Origin: the human T2T-CHM13v2.0 reference genome, Homo sapiens
NCBI RefSeq assembly: GCF_009914755.1
Contig: NC_060928.1
Strand: one strand, 5' to 3'
Length of the DNA stretch: 64,000 bases
The notes beneath the pieces are model-generated. The model was not told where the DNA came from. It saw only the letters and a program-made list of their open reading frames with translations, and ran no database searches. This document shows positions 17,828-35,385 of this stretch, one piece after another (within the stretch, counting starts at the first letter, position 1; each line of letters opens with the position of its first letter). A program made the position numbers and the translations under genes.

Positions 17828-18899
17828 TTATTAGCTTTGTGACTTTGTTGCCTCAGCTTCCTTATTGGTAAGCACGTAAGTTTGTTTTAAGATTGAGTTA
17901 TTACATGTACATCAGTTAAAATATTGCCTGTAAATTATATATAGATATTGAGCTGGGAGTGGTGGTTTACGCCTCTAATCCCAACAGTTTGGGAGACTGA
18001 GGCGGGAGAATTGCCTTAGCTCAGAGGTTTGAGGCTGCGGTGAGCTATGATTGTACCACTGTACCTCCTGTCTGGATGATAAAGCGATGTATTAGGTATT
18101 ATTGTTGATCGTTCAGCAACATTACCCACTGTTTCCTTGAAATATTATTCCTGTAGTGTCAGTGATATCAGACTATCCAAATATCTTTTTCTTCCTTTCT
18201 TCTTTCCTTTCTTTCCTTTTCCCTTTCCCTCCCCTTCCTCCTGCCTTTCCTTTTTTCCTTTTTTCTTTTTTTTCTTTTGAGACAGAGTCTCGCTCTGTCC
18301 CCCAGGTGGGGAGTGCAGTTGTGCGATCTCGGCTCACTGCAAGCTCCGCCTCCTGGGTTCACGCCATTCTCCTGCCTCAGCCTCCGGAGTAGCTGGGACT
18401 ATAGGCGCCCGCCACCACGCCCGGCTAGTAGGTTTTTTTTGTTTTTTTTTGTTTTTTTTTTTTTTTTGTATTTTTAGTAGAGACGGGGTTTCACTGTGTT
18501 AGCCAGGATGGTCTCCATCTTTTGACCTCGTGATCCACCCGCCTCGGCCTCCCAAAGTGCTGGGATTACAGGCGTGAGCCACCGCGCACAGCCCCCCACC
18601 TTTTTTTTTTTTTTTAAGGAGTCTTACTTTGTCGCCCAAGCTGGAGTACTGTGCTTCTGTCTCGGCTTACTGCTCCCTCCGTGTCTTGGATTCAAGCAGT
18701 TCTCCTGCCTCAGCCTCCAGAGTAGCTGGGATTACAGGCACGCACCACCATGCCCCCAGCTAATTTTTGTATTTTTAGTAGAGGCGGGGTTTCACCATGT
18801 TGGCCAGGCTAGTCTCGAACTCTTGACCTTAGATGATCCGCCCACCTTGACCTCTCAAAGTGTTGGTATTACAGGCGTGAGCCATGGCGCCCGGTCTTT

Positions 18900-19750
18900 C
18901 CTATCTTTCTGACTGTATCTTCAGATCACTCCTGAACCCGAGACCTGAATTTTTCATTTACCTACTTGGTTCTTTGGATTTTCACAGATACCTTGTATCC
19001 AACATGTCTCAAACTGATTTTTCCCCTCTCCCTCAAACCCTGACTTCTCAATTCTTTGTTTCCTTATCTTTATTATACTGTCATCCACCCAGCAAAAAAT
19101 CCCCTCTTCTAAGATCATAGCTTTTAGTTAGTAACTAAGTCCTTTAGATTTTACTTCCTGTCTGCCTTAATTCATCTTCTTTTCATTGCACTGGACTTTA
19201 TTGGCATCTCTCACTGGTTTCCTAAGTATTCTCTCTAATCCCCCTCCAGCCATTTCCCCCTACTCCAGCCAGGTGATCTCTAAGAGACCCAGATCTGATT
19301 GTTACAACACTTCAAATTTTTATTATTCTTCATGACCCTGAATAATCTGGCTTTTGACTGCTTCTCCTGCCTCATTTCATCATTTTCATTCTTTGTATTG
19401 TAGTCACATTGGCGACATTTCAATTCCTAAACCTGTCAAGTCCTCGTTTGCCTCCATTTTGCACAGCGTGTACGCTCTGCCTTAAGTGCTGGCTTTTCCT
19501 AAAGTTAAGTCTTTTAAAACTAATTTCCTCAAGGAAGCTTCCTCTTACTTTCTAGATTTTCTGTCTGCTAAATGTTCTTCATAGTATCCTGTACTTCATT
19601 TAAAAATTATATAATTAGTTCTTCAGTACCTTAGAATGAAATAACTATTGATACAGGTTAGAGAAAATTTCTAGTTGATCATTATACTACCAATATCTGT
19701 TATAATGCCTTGCAAATAGCAAGTACTTAGTAAATATTCATGGAATTGAT
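18900..19750 (+). mobile_element. L2 fragment (3' region)
   Basis: caacatgtctcaaactga motif, pyrimidine-rich body, terminal tagcaagtacttagtaaatattcatggaattga. Confidence 0.55.
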
Positions 19751-22289
19751 AAATTCAGACTTGAATTACTCTTCATTGTAGATTGAGTAAAGTTTGACAG
19801 AAGTCCAGAACTTAACTTTTTTTTTTAAGAGATGGAGTCTCACTCTGTCACACAGGCTGGTGTGGAGTGGCACAGTCATAGCTTACTGCACCCTTGACCT
19901 CTTGGGCTCAAGTGATTCTCCCACTTCAACTTCCTGAATAGCTGGGATTACAGACACACGTTTTTTGGTTTTTTTGTTTTTTTTCCACGCTGTAGAGATG
20001 GGAGTTTCACTATATGGCCCAGGCGGGTCTTAAGCTCCTGGGCTCAAGTGATCCTCCCTCCTTTGCCCCACAAAGTGTTGGGATTACAGGTGTGATTTAA
20101 AAAATGCTAGCTGCAGCCTGGTGTGGTGGCTTAGCCTGTAATCCCAGCACTTTGGGAGGCTGAGGCTGGTAGATCTTGAGGTCAGGAGTTCAAGACCAGC
20201 CTGGCCAACATGGTGAAACCCCATCTCTACCAAAAATTCAGCAATTAGCCGGGCATGGTGGTGGGCGCCTATAATTGCAGCTACTCAGGAGGCTAAGGCA
20301 GAAGGATCGCTTGAACCCCCAAGAGGTGGAGGTTGCAGTGAGCTGAGATTGCGCCACTGCACTCCAGCCTGGGCAACAGAGTGAGACTCCGTCTCAAAAA
20401 ATAATAATAATAATAATTGCTAGCTGCTATAGCTTCTTTTTTTTTTTTTTTTTTTTGAGACAGAGTCTCACTCTGTTGTCCGGTGGAGTGCAGTGGCGCG
20501 ATCTCTGCTCACTGCAACCTCCGCCTCTCGGGTTCAAGCAGTTCTCCTGCCTTAGAATTTCAAGTAGCTGGGATTTACAGGAGTGTGCCACTATGTCCAG
20601 TCTCTTGTACTATTTTTATCTTTTATTTTCAAGACAGAGTCTTGCTTTGTCGCCCAGGCTAGAGTGCAGTGGCACGATCTCAACTCACTGCAACCTCTGC
20701 CTCCCGGGTTCAAGCGATTCTCCTGCCTCAGCTGGTCTCGAACTCCTGACGTCAGGTGATCCGCCTGCCTCAGCCTCCCAAAGTGCTGGGATTACAGGCA
20801 TGAGCCACGGCGCCCGGCCATCTTGTACTCTTTTCAATGTGGATATCAGAAAATTTTAAATTTACATATGTGGCTTACATTATATTGTATTGGATACTGC
20901 TCGTCTAGAACTTGTTTTTAGTAAGGATCATACATGTGTCTCCATGGCCTCAGTTTTTCATTATTCTCCCAATCCCTTTGTTTTCATGTCACTTCTGCTT
21001 TGGGACTGTTATGTGCCATAAGCTTCAGAAAACACGGTGGCTCACACCTGTAATCCCAGCACTTTGGGAAGCCGAGGCAGGTGGATCACCAGAGGTCAGG
21101 AGTTTGAGACCACCCTGGCCAACATGATGAAACCTTGTCTCTAGTACAAATACAAAAAAATTAGCCAGGCGTGGTGGCGGGCGCCTGTAATCCCAGCTAC
21201 TTGGGAGGCTGAGGCAGGAGAATTCCTTGAACCCAGGAGTCAGAGGTTGCAGTGAGCTGGGCAACACAGCAAGACTCCATCTCAAAAAAATAAAAAAAAA
21301 ATTTAACTGCCTAGAAGGTAGAAATCGAGTGTATTTCTTAGGCCTTTGAATAATAGGGGAAAGATAAGTCATTTATATTAAATTATGAGAAAATAATGGC
21401 AACTGTTAAGCTTTTAAAGTATTATTTCCAACTAAATTAGGAAGAACTAAATTTCACTTTTACATATGCATGACAATGATGAGCAGGGCTCCTAAAACAG
21501 TTGTGGCTTGACTAGGAAACAAATAATAATTTTTTTATATCAATAAGAATTACTTGTAACTTTAGGGGGCATTTAGAATTATATTTGTCTTATTTGAGAT
21601 TTGGATTTAAATTTTATTTTAGAGCATTTTTTAAAAAATAAATAGAAGTGAGGCTAATATTGTTAATTATTCTCTTTAAAAAATACAGTATTTGCTTTGG
21701 GTTAAAATTTTCTGCCCCAACATCATTATCAAGAGTCAGCATATTACAATGATAAATTTAGCATTTACTGTGTGGCAGGCATTGTTCTATATACTTTATT
21801 CGTTAAATTCACCAGCGAACCCTATGAGGAACTATCTTATCCTTAGTTGACAGAGGATGAAACTGGAGTACAAAGTAGTTAATTAACTTGTTCATAGCTA
21901 GTAAGTTTTAAAAAGGTTAAACAACAATATACTTTGTATTTAGTCCTTAAATGATAAAATCTTCCAGTGTTTAGTTTTTCCCACTAGAATGTAAGCTCCA
22001 AGTGGGCAGGGACTTAGGTTTTGTTCACTAACATTTGAGATAGCATATACTAGAACCTAGTCATTATTTGAAAGAATTTTTACAGTGATGATGGTAACAA
22101 TGACAATATCATTTCACTGAGAGATGGCCTTGGAAATACATTAGAACCGCTTTGAGTTCTTCACTGTTGGTTGTTGACAATAATGTTTTTTTTATCTCAT
22201 TCAAATTAGCTTCAACGTTATGTGCTATTTTGCATGCTTCATGTATATCTTAATAAAATAGTTGATTTGAAAATTGCTAACTTCTATAG

Positions 22290-22544
<255 letters not shown>

Positions 22545-22962
22545 TGATTCATCTGCCTCGGCCTCCTAGAGTACTGGAATTACAGGGGTGAAACATCCTG
22601 CCTGGCCTAGCTGCTATAGCTTTTATATATCTCTGTTCCTTTTGTGCATTAGAAATGCCTTGAAGCCCCCAGGGAACATCAGGAAAAAAAAAAAAAAAAA
22701 AAAACAACCAGAGGTCCCGCTATGTGTTTAGCTGAGTTGGGAGAAGAAAGTTTAGAAAAGCAATCTTTGACCTATCCTTATGAAAAATTTACAGTGATAA
22801 CACAATTCTTCAGAATTTCACCCAAAAGCTACAGCTGCCTTGGTTGTTGCAGTCATTGAAGTGAATAACACATTCTTTTATTATTTATTTTTAGATACTA
22901 CATTTTTTTCTTAGACTGTGGAAACAGGACTGTGAAATTAATTTTGTAAAATCGGGCTTTAA

Positions 22963-23265
<303 letters not shown>

Positions 23266-23709
23266 TAAAGGTTTTATAGTTAATGTTGTTAGGGAAAGGG
23301 GAACTATGCTGCTTACTTCTATCCAAGAAACTTAATTCTGAAAGTATTCTCATTTTACAGTAATAAAATTGAGAGTTAGGTGTTAAGTGTTATACCTGAA
23401 TGAATACCACAAGTAAGCGACAGAACTAGGATTCAGCACACATATGTCTTACTCCAAAGGCCATGACTTTTGTAATACTGTCATCTTTCACCATTCTCCA
23501 TGTCTTGCTTATAGTTCCTGACTCTTAAAGTAAGACTTTAAGTTCGCTTGTGGGAGCAGGGGGATTGGAGTTTTAGATTGTGAAATAACTGGATGTTTGA
23601 ATTAAACTGTGGTGGTATAAAGAATAATTGTTGCTTGATGGAAAATTGAGCTGTGAAAAATTTTTGGCTTAACTTTGTTTTCTTTTTATCTTTAGTTCTG
23701 TGCAAATAA

Positions 23710-23943
<234 letters not shown>

Positions 23944-24889
23944 TGATCTGCCTTGGCCTCCCAAACTGTTGGGATTACAGGCACGAGCCACCGCATGCAC
24001 CTGACCAGAATGCTTTTTCATAATGTAATTCATCATGATGATGGTATTTTCTTGAGCTTATTTAGTACATTTTTTCATACAATAATAATGTTCTTTCTAT
24101 AGAGTGAAAAAAAGAGCAATTTTTTTCTGACTTATAATTTGGGGGCTGGATGCGGTACCTCACACCTGTAATCGCAGCACTTTTGGAGGCCAAGGCAGGA
24201 GGCCAAAGGTGGTGGATCACTTGAGCCCAGGAGTTCAAGACCAGCCTGAGAAACATGGCAAAACCCCCTCTCTACTAAAAATTTAAAAATTTAGCCAGGC
24301 ATGGTGGTGCACACCTCTCGTCCCAGCGACTGGTTAGGCCGAGGTGGGAGAATCACCTGAGCTTGGGAAGTTGAGGTGCAGTGAGCTGAGATCACACTGC
24401 TGCATTCCAGCCAGGGTGATGGGAGTGAGACCGTGTCTTAAACAAATAATAATAATTTGGGGGTGATGTAGACAGAAATAAGGACAGAGGTATGAAAAGG
24501 AATAATTATTTAGCATTTTACTAGCCAGAGATTTGGGCAGTCCCAAAAAGCAGCTTTTCTAATCTCCCTCTCCTTTCCCAAAAAACTTTAATCAGATCCT
24601 TTAGTATCCTATCATCTTTGGGTTATTTACATACTACTTTTTGGAGGGGGGATTGTGGAAAGCTATCGAGATCTTTGAAAGCATTGATGATTAGCAAGAT
24701 GATTATTCCTGTAAGAAGCCTTAAGAGGAGAAATGCAAGTGTAAGTTAACACTGGCTTCTTAAATTGGTCAGTGAAAGTTGGATGCCTCCAATGTTCTTT
24801 TAACATTATGCGTAGATACTAGACAATTTTTTATTTTTATTTATTTATTTATTTTGAGATGGAGTCTTGCTCTTTCACCCAGGCCATAG

Positions 24890-25000
<111 letters not shown>

Positions 25001-25003
25001 TAA

Positions 25004-25189
<186 letters not shown>

Positions 25190-25807
25190 TAGTAGAGACA
25201 GGGTTTCACCGTGTTAGCCAGGATGGTCTCGATCTCCTGACCTCGTGATCTGCCCGCCTCAGCCTCCCAAAGTGCTGGGATTACAGGCATGAGCCACCGC
25301 GCCCGGCCATCAGAGTAGTTTTACTGTTGCTAAAATGTACATTTTCTCCTCTACCACAAATACCAAAGTTGTTAATGATTTTTTAGGGCATAAGAAGTAG
25401 TTTCTTATTGTACATATTTATAGTTAAATTTAGTTTTTGGATAAAAAATATTTTCAGAAAAATGTAAAAAAAAGTACTAATTAGAAAGTAAGTTTTTAAA
25501 TCCTATGTTTTTATTAAAAAACAGGATTAATTTGGAGTGATGTGAACTTTGAAAAATATGGGTTTTAAGTCATGTATTGTTTATGAACTAAACGTTCTGT
25601 ACTAAAAAATATTTAACATAGAAAAAGAGTAAAAATTGTGGTTTTTTTTTTGGGTTGGAGGAGGAAGCCAAAGACAGTCATTCTTACACTGTTTCATCTA
25701 GTAATCAAGTTTAAGAAAGTCAGTCTAAAAGCAAAAAACATAAGAGTAGATATGTTGTGTCAATCAGGTAACAATATGGAATTCTAACCAAAAAAAATGA
25801 AGATATA

Positions 25808-26096
<289 letters not shown>

Positions 26097-27046
26097 GGAA
26101 GATGTAACCTGTTCTTTAGGGATTTTGGTTTAAAAAATCGAGAGGATTTACTGTATTTTTAACATAGGTTTGAGAATATAAGTGGAGAGCCCATTTGCTG
26201 GCAGGCACTTATGAATGTTAATGTGAGTCCCACTGGATGGTTTTCTGAATCATTTAAGGTTATCATGGCTCTGAGAATGGACTGTCATAAGGTTAAGAGA
26301 CTCAGTAATGCTATAGATAGGAAAGTACTTGGAGTAGTTTAAAGTGCAAAATAAGTCAATGTAGATAAATTTAAAGTAGAAATCTGGTTTTTTGAAGTAG
26401 GTAGTTGCCGTTTTAATAAACTAAGCAGAAAAACAAATTGAAGAAGGCCTTTTCTTTTGAGGCATTTAGTCCTCTGGAATTTTTCATGGAAAGGAGAATC
26501 TGTTAGGTAGCTAGAGCTTTCACCATTCTGGTGGATAGTGTACTATTTCAGTCAGTTAAACTAAACATTTAAAGTTGTTATGGTTAGTTCAAGTGAGAGT
26601 TTATGGCCTAAATGGCTTTTAATGACCCTGAATTTTCTGTTTAAGCAGAACCCATGTATCGTGGGGGTATAGTGCAGAATATAATATCTTAGTGTTCATC
26701 TGTGGATGATTAGATTTATCGCTTTGGACCTGATATACATGGAATTGGCAAACATAAAATAGCTTTTATACTATTTTTCCCTAATAACATTCCTAGAAAG
26801 TCAAGAAGCCATTGTATTGTTGTTCATAGTGGTGTTATTTCGTTTAAAACAATGAAGTTAGAATTTATTAGTTTGTTTTAAATATTCTTAAAACTGGATA
26901 ATTAAGTCCTAGAAAAGCCGAGACTTATTTTACTAGAGCAGATAATCAAGCTTATGAAAGAGGGGGTTTCAAGATTTTTTATAGGTAATACTTTAGGCGT
27001 TTTTCTTGCTGACATAACTAACATTTATTTTCTGTTTATTTTTAAG

Positions 27047-27140
27047 ACGAGCAAAAATCAAATTAAAGTAGATCTTGTAGATGAGAATTTTACAGAATTA
27101 AGAGGAGAAATAGCAGGACCTCCAGACACACCATATGAAG
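27047..27140 (+). CDS. UBE2K: UBE2K coding exon 2 (94 nt; TSKNQIKVDLVDENFTELRGEIAGPPDTPYE+G)
   Basis: Pyrimidine tract and tttaag| acceptor; translation matches UBE2K residues 22-52 as recalled; ends AAG|GCAAGT (GC donor); phase 1 joins exon 3 in frame. Confidence 0.97.
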
Positions 27141-28632
27141 GCAAGTACTTTTTTCTGTATCAAAATATTGTGCGTATTAGAACTTGTCTGAAACATTTAA
27201 TCAGAATAATCTTAAACATCTATAAATTATATGGAGGGTAACTTCATTTGGTTTAGATAAACAGCAATTTAAAAAATACTAAATTTAGATACTGAATATA
27301 GACTGGTATTTCTTACTGAATTTTAGCTAATTTTTTTCTTTCCATAAAACAGTTTTAGCAGAGCTTTGTTACAGGTATTATAGGTTAGAATTTAATAGAA
27401 TAAAAGATCTGGCATGGTAAACCTCTAAATCATATGGACTGTAGACACTCAGTTACCCTTCATATGGTATCTAAAACAGACCTTGCCTTAAATATCTCAT
27501 TGGTAAAATGTTGCTTTTGTTTTTAAAGTTCTTCTTTCTGTCATTCAGCATTTCATTCACTCATGTCTTCATACAGGCTGTAGTCCAAATGTTTATTTTC
27601 TTTATTCAGGAAAGCTTTTAGTGATTATTTCAAGCCATAGAAAGGAGGTGGCTTTGCTGAACTTGGTGTTCACAAATTAAGTCTGTAGCTACTTTAGACC
27701 ATGGAATCGGGTGGTAAGATACAGAAATAAACCTTATAGCATTTTACTTTCTTATTAGGTGAGTCTTCATTAATTAATATTACTGTAAATTTAGATTATA
27801 TAGCATATAACCAAGGCTCTTGCATTAATAACTATTCAAATATTTGTTTATTAGAAAACATATAACAATATATGGTAACCCTAATTATACAGTCTTTACA
27901 TGTATTTTCTCATTTAATCCTTTCAGCAAATCTTACTAGGTAAATACAACGATTGCTGTTTCATAGATGAAGAAACAAGTTAAGAGAAGTAACTTGTTTA
28001 AGGTCAACCATCTAAGTAGCACAACTGATAGCCTTTGTCTTCAAAGCCTGTGCTTTTAATCACTTTATGTAAATCAGAATTGACTTAATATTGGAAGTGG
28101 TGGTGATGTCTGTTTTGTTTTATCTATTTTTTTATATGCAAAGTTTTACTGTTACCCAAGCTGGAGAGCAGTGGCATGGTCATAGCTCATTATAAATTTG
28201 AATTCCTAGGCTCAGGTAATCCTCCAGCTTCCTCAGTAGCTAGTACTACAGGTGCATGCCACCATATCCAGTTAAATACTTTGTGTGTGTTTTTTGTTGT
28301 TCATTTTTTGATTGTTTGTTTTTTGAGACTGAGTCTCTCTGTCACCCAGCCTGGAGTGCGGTGGTGAAATCTTGGCTCACTGCATCCTCCATCTCCCAGA
28401 ATCAAGTGATTCTCCTGCCTTAGCCTCCTGAGTAGCTGGGATTACAGGCGCACCACCATGCCGGCTAATTTTTGTATTTTTAGTAGAGACAGGGTTTCAC
28501 AATAACGGCCAGGCTGGTCTTGAACTTCTGACCTTAGGTGATCCGCCTGTCTTGGCCTCCCAAAGTGTTAGGATTACAGGCGTGAGCCACCAATCCCGGC
28601 CACCAGCTAAATACTTTCGAGTGGTTCTATAA

Positions 28633-28893
<261 letters not shown>

Positions 28894-29023
28894 TGATCTG
28901 CCAGCCTCGGCCTCCCAAAGTGCTGGGGTTACAGGAGTGAGCCACCGTGCCCGGCTACCCAAAACACTTTTTAAAAATCTAATATTCTTGAATATTTTCT
29001 TGTTTTTAATCCAGATTTTTTAA

Positions 29024-29308
<285 letters not shown>

Positions 29309-30270
29309 TGATCTGCCCACCTCAGCCTCCCAAAGTGCTGAGATTACAGGCGTGAGCCACCGCACCGCACCCAGCCCATTTTTTTCTTTCTTTATTGGAG
29401 AGATGGCATCTTGCCAAGTTACCGAGGCTGGTCTCAAACCCCTGGCCTAAAACAATCCTCTTGCCTTGGTGTCCCAAAGTCTTGGGATTCTAGGCATGAG
29501 CCATTGTGCCCAACCTTGTACCAATTCTTAAGTGATAAAATTTTATTTTTTGTTTTATAGTTCATACGAGCCATTTCTAGATATTTAATTTTTTATGCTG
29601 TTTATCGAGTGCTTCCTATCTGCTTGGCTTGGTCTGGCAGTTTTCATGGATGCTGTTTCATTTAGTCCTTTTTGCAATCATTAAATGTAGAGGAGACCTT
29701 TAGTTATCTTTAGAAAATCAGATGCTTGTCCTAATAGCAGATGTTTTTATATAATAATATACTAGCTTCTTCTTGAAGTCAGACCTTATAGTTATTCTTG
29801 AATTTTTTTTTAGGTTGTTTTGAAGTATTTTTGGAAGATAGTAGGGCAGTGACATTATTCTAGAGGTCTGTCAGCAAAGTTTTAAATTTTTTCATTGATT
29901 TTTATAAACAAGGCACTTCCTGAGCTAAATTAGATAGAAGCAATATTTAATAGGTAGATTAATTTTTTTAATTGGATAATGTATACTTATATACATTAAG
30001 ATATATTAAGATACACTAATTAGCCGGGCGAGGTGGTGGGCGCCTGTGGTCCCAGCTACTCGGGAGGCTGAGGCAGGAGAATGGCATGAACCCCGGGAGG
30101 CGGAGCCTTCAGTGAGCCCAGATCGCCCTGCTGCACTCCAGCCTGGGCGACAGCGAGACTCTGTCCCAAAAAGAAAAAAAAAAAGATACATTAAGATATA
30201 TTCTTATGGCCGAGTGCGGTGGCTCACACCTGTAATCCCAGCACTTTGGGAGGCTGAGGCGGGCAGATCA

Positions 30271-30542
<272 letters not shown>

Positions 30543-30696
30543 TCATTTTTTTTCTTTTCTTTTTCCCGATACCGAGAATGGGACCAAAAGTTTGGTCATT
30601 TAAAAGTGCTTATATCTGCCTGGGCGGGGTGGCTGATGCCTGTAATCCCAGCACTTTGGGAGGCTGAAGCAGGTGGATCACGAGGTCAGGAGTTCA

Positions 30697-30912
<216 letters not shown>

Positions 30913-33014
30913 TTATTTCTGCTGCTGCTGCTGCTAAATGAATATTTTGATAAGATTAGATTTAATATGCTTTTTATATATTTGAGGTAGAGTAACTTGA
31001 ATTCTGTTATTTTATATAAAACTATTGAGAGAAGTTCATTTTGTTAAGGAAAACACCATTCAAGGACATAAACTTTAATGCTTTTTCTTTTAAATGTGAC
31101 GATAGGTTAAATGTTTATTGCAAGGATGTTGCAGTTTTTTGAGTTTTTAAAAATCTAAACTTAAATGCTAAAGCAAAAGTTTACATGTGGAATGTTAAGC
31201 AATTTATAACCATTATTAAGTAATGAGGCAGCTGTTTTTGTAGTATTTAAAGAATCAGATTGTGAAGTAGAGTACTCACGGGAAAATGCCATATTGTGGA
31301 TGTTACTTAACTCAATTTTCTTCACTTCTTTTGCCTTAATAATTCAATGACAAAGGAACAGTTTAGTTCTTGAGCTTTTCTTCCTAAAATTTCTTTTAGG
31401 TTTATGGAATCATTGTTGACAGCTTAAAAATTCTCATTCCTTCCTCATCTCCTCTTTGGGTTAAGTTAAATTTAAAGATTGTTAATTTTTAATATTAAAA
31501 GCTATTCTTCAAGAAGTTAATGTTTTAAAGTAAAAACTATTACAATATGAATAATATAGTTATCATAAAGATTCCTTAGTTGTATTACCCTGATCAAATA
31601 ATGCTATGATTAATGCTAAGTGGTCATATATTGAAAGTTGTCAGAGCGTGTAACATAAGGGATAGAAATAAGATTTTAGAGACTCTCGAGTCCAGCATTA
31701 TTTATATAATATCTGTGGGCCCTCACACTGCTCCTAAGAGATTATTTTGGCCATTAACAAAGAACTTTGTATGATGGGTTATAGAGATGGTTTAATCTGG
31801 AGTTTAATCAGAAAAAAAAAATTCTTAGGAAGGAAAAAGAAAAGCCTATGTAGTGCTGAAGCCAAATTTATTATAACTATATTTGAAGCTGGCATTTCTA
31901 ATTCTGGGTATAGACAGTTATTGTCACAAAATTTCTTCAGGTACCCTTCTCTTACCTGTCAGTTTTTTTTTTTCTTTCCACTACTTTTCTTTAAATTTCA
32001 TTATTGTTATATGTTCTGTGATTCAGGCATTTAGTTCAACTCATGCATGAATCACTATGGGATTCTATTAAAAAGAACTAGCCACCAGGCATAACGGCTC
32101 ATGCCTGTAATCCCATTACTTTGGGAGGCTGAGGCGGGTAGATTATTTGAGGTCAGGAGTTTGAGACCAGCTTAGCCAGCATGCTGAGACCCTGTCTCTA
32201 CTTAAAAAAAAATTAAAAAATTAGCCAGGCATGGTGGCGTGCACCTGTAGTCCCAGCTACCCAGGAGGCTGAGGTAGGAGAATTGCTGGAACTGGGAGGT
32301 GAAGGTTGCAGTCAGCCGAGATCGCACCATTGCACTCCAGTCTGGGCAACAGAGTGAGAATCCGCCTCAAATAAAAAGTAGCCAGAAGAGAGGCCAGGCG
32401 CAATGGCTTATCCCTGTAATCCCAGCACTTTGGGAGGCTGAGGCAGGCGGATCACCTGAGGCCAGAAGTTCAAGCCCAGCCTGACCAACATGGTGAAACC
32501 TCATCTCTACTAAAAATACAAAAATTAGCTGGGCATTGTGGTGGGCACCTGTAAACCCAGTTACTCAGGAGACTGAGGCACAAGATTTGCTGGAACCTGA
32601 AAGGTGGAGGTTGCAGTGAGCCAAGATTGTGCCTCTGCACTCCAGCCTGGGCAACAGAACGACCCTGTCTCAGGAAAAAAAAAAAAAAAGAGAAGGATTC
32701 GAAACAAAAAGGGCTTGAAGAAAATAGTACCACTTTTATTTTTTCCTCAGATTCATAGTCATCCATCCATTCATAACAATGGAGGAGTGAGGAGATACAT
32801 TTGAGAGAGTCTAGAATATACTGAAGAAAGTCTCTTGTTTGACTTTTTGAAGAGCTAAGTGTATAGAATTTTGAAGATAATGTTCCTAGCACACAGTTTT
32901 TTATTTTACTTTTTATTACAGGGAATTTCAGATATATAAAAAAGAAGAATAGGCCAGGCGCAGTGGCTCATGCCTGTAATCCCAGCTCTTTGGGAGGCCG
33001 AGGCGGGTGGATCA

Positions 33015-33275
<261 letters not shown>

Positions 33276-34377
33276 TTAATAACTATCAGCTCACGGCCAT
33301 CTGTGATCTAATTTATTCTTTGATTATCTTGAAACAAAATCTCATAGTCTTATAAATAAATATTTCAATAGAACAGTTTTATTTACTATATTTTGTAATA
33401 GTATTCTATGTTATTAATCTTAGAGTTAAGAGTTGAATCCAGCCTCTCATCCAGTGTAAGACTTACCCCTTCAGTGTTTTCTTTTCTTTTCTTTTTTCTC
33501 TTTTCTGTTTATTTGAGATAGATTCTCGCTCTGTCACGTAGGCTGGAGTGCAGTGGTGCGAACTTGGCTCATTGCAATATCCACCTCCTGGGTTCAAGCG
33601 ATTCTTGTGCCTCAACCTCCTGAGTAGCTGGGATCGTAGGCACATGCCACAATACCCGGCTAATTTTTGTATTTTAGGTAGAGGTGGGGTTTCGCCATGT
33701 TTGCCAGGCTAGTCTTGAACTTCTGGCCTCAAGTGATCTGCCCACCTCAGCCTCCCAAAGTGCTGGGATTACAGGCATGAGCCATTGCACGCAGCCCAGA
33801 GTTTCTTAAGAGGCAGTTATCCTTTCCTTGAGTACCCCAGTTGTGAGAAGCTAGATTGTGAAGTGGCACAATCTGGGCTCACTGCAAGCTCCGCCTCCCA
33901 GGTTCACGCCATTCTTCTGCCTCAGCCTCCTGAGTAGCTGGGGCTACAGGCGTCCGCCACCATGCCCAGCTAATTTTTTGTGTTTTTAGTAGAGACGGGG
34001 TTTCACCATGTTAGCCAGGATGGTCTCGATCTCCTGACCTCGTGATCCACCTGCCTCAGCCTCCCAAAGTGCTGGTATTACAGGCATGAGCCACCGCGCC
34101 GAGCCTAGATAAGCTTTTTAAAAATGCTGTATAGCTGCTAGTTGCTCAAGATAACTTCAAAACGAAACAAAAAGTTGCCTTCTGTTTGTATATTACTGGT
34201 TAGAAAAGCTCCTTGGTAAAATTTTGCATTTTATATACCCATTTAAAGGAATAATTTGGGCTGGGCACAGTGGCTCACGCCTGTGATCCCAGCACTTTGG
34301 GAGGTTGAGGCAGGTGGATCACGAGGTCAGGAGATCGAGACCATCCTGGCTAACATGGTGAAACCCTGTCTGTACTA

Positions 34378-34635
<258 letters not shown>

Positions 34636-34807
34636 TTAAAAAATAAAAAATATATTTAAAGTTTTTTATATTAAAATAGAGACAAGGACTTGCTATATTG
34701 AGCAGGCTCTACTCAAACTCCTGGCCTAGCTTTAAGCAGTCCTCCCACCTCGGCCTCCCAAAGTGTTGGGATTACAAGGCATTAGCCATGGACCCAGCTT
34801 GTTTTTA

Positions 34808-34853
34808 TTAGGCTAGTGCAAAAGTAATTGCAGTTTAATTGCACAAATATTAA
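34808..34853. mobile_element. Internally deleted MADE1 (Hsmar1 MITE) remnant
   Basis: ttaggctagtgcaaaagtaattgcagttt resembles the MADE1 TIR; the second arm is mostly lost. Confidence 0.6.
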
Positions 34854-35385
34854 CAAATAAGTATTGACATTTAATTTAGGGCACAAATGAAAAGATTGGG
34901 ACCTTATTTCATTTGCGAGAACCAGCTAGAAGTAGAATTTTGTTTATGGCATAATCTCTGTCCTTTGTATCATCTGTACTTTTATACCTCCTTGCCTTCT
35001 TTTTTTTTTCTGACCCTTTTGTTGTTGTTGTTATTTAGCAATTCTTAACAGGATGGATTAGAGGACACAGTGGAGATTAAAACTCCAATAGTTAATTGTC
35101 CTGATGAAATGTTGGCATTGCATTGTCTGGATTAAATGTATTTATCTCTGGCCTTGTTACTCACTGATAAACTAATACAGTTGTATGAAATGGATATTCT
35201 GTATGCTTTAAACAACCTTTAAATTAAAAACTAGTGCTTTTGATTACTTTCTTTCTGGATTTCAACTTTAAAATGAATTTTTATAATTGAATATAAAATA
35301 GCTGCTCTGAAAAGCTCATCAGTATATTTGTCTTATATATTTGAATTGAGCAGCATTCTTAACTTTGTTTTCCCCATTTTTTTAG

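Noticed and set aside
26954-27241. 95-aa ORF containing UBE2K sequence
   Set aside because: It is exon 2 plus in-frame intronic read-through; the splice sites delimit 27047-27140.
34808-34853. MADE1-derived miR-548-like hairpin
   Set aside because: The second arm is largely deleted, so it cannot form the long hairpin.
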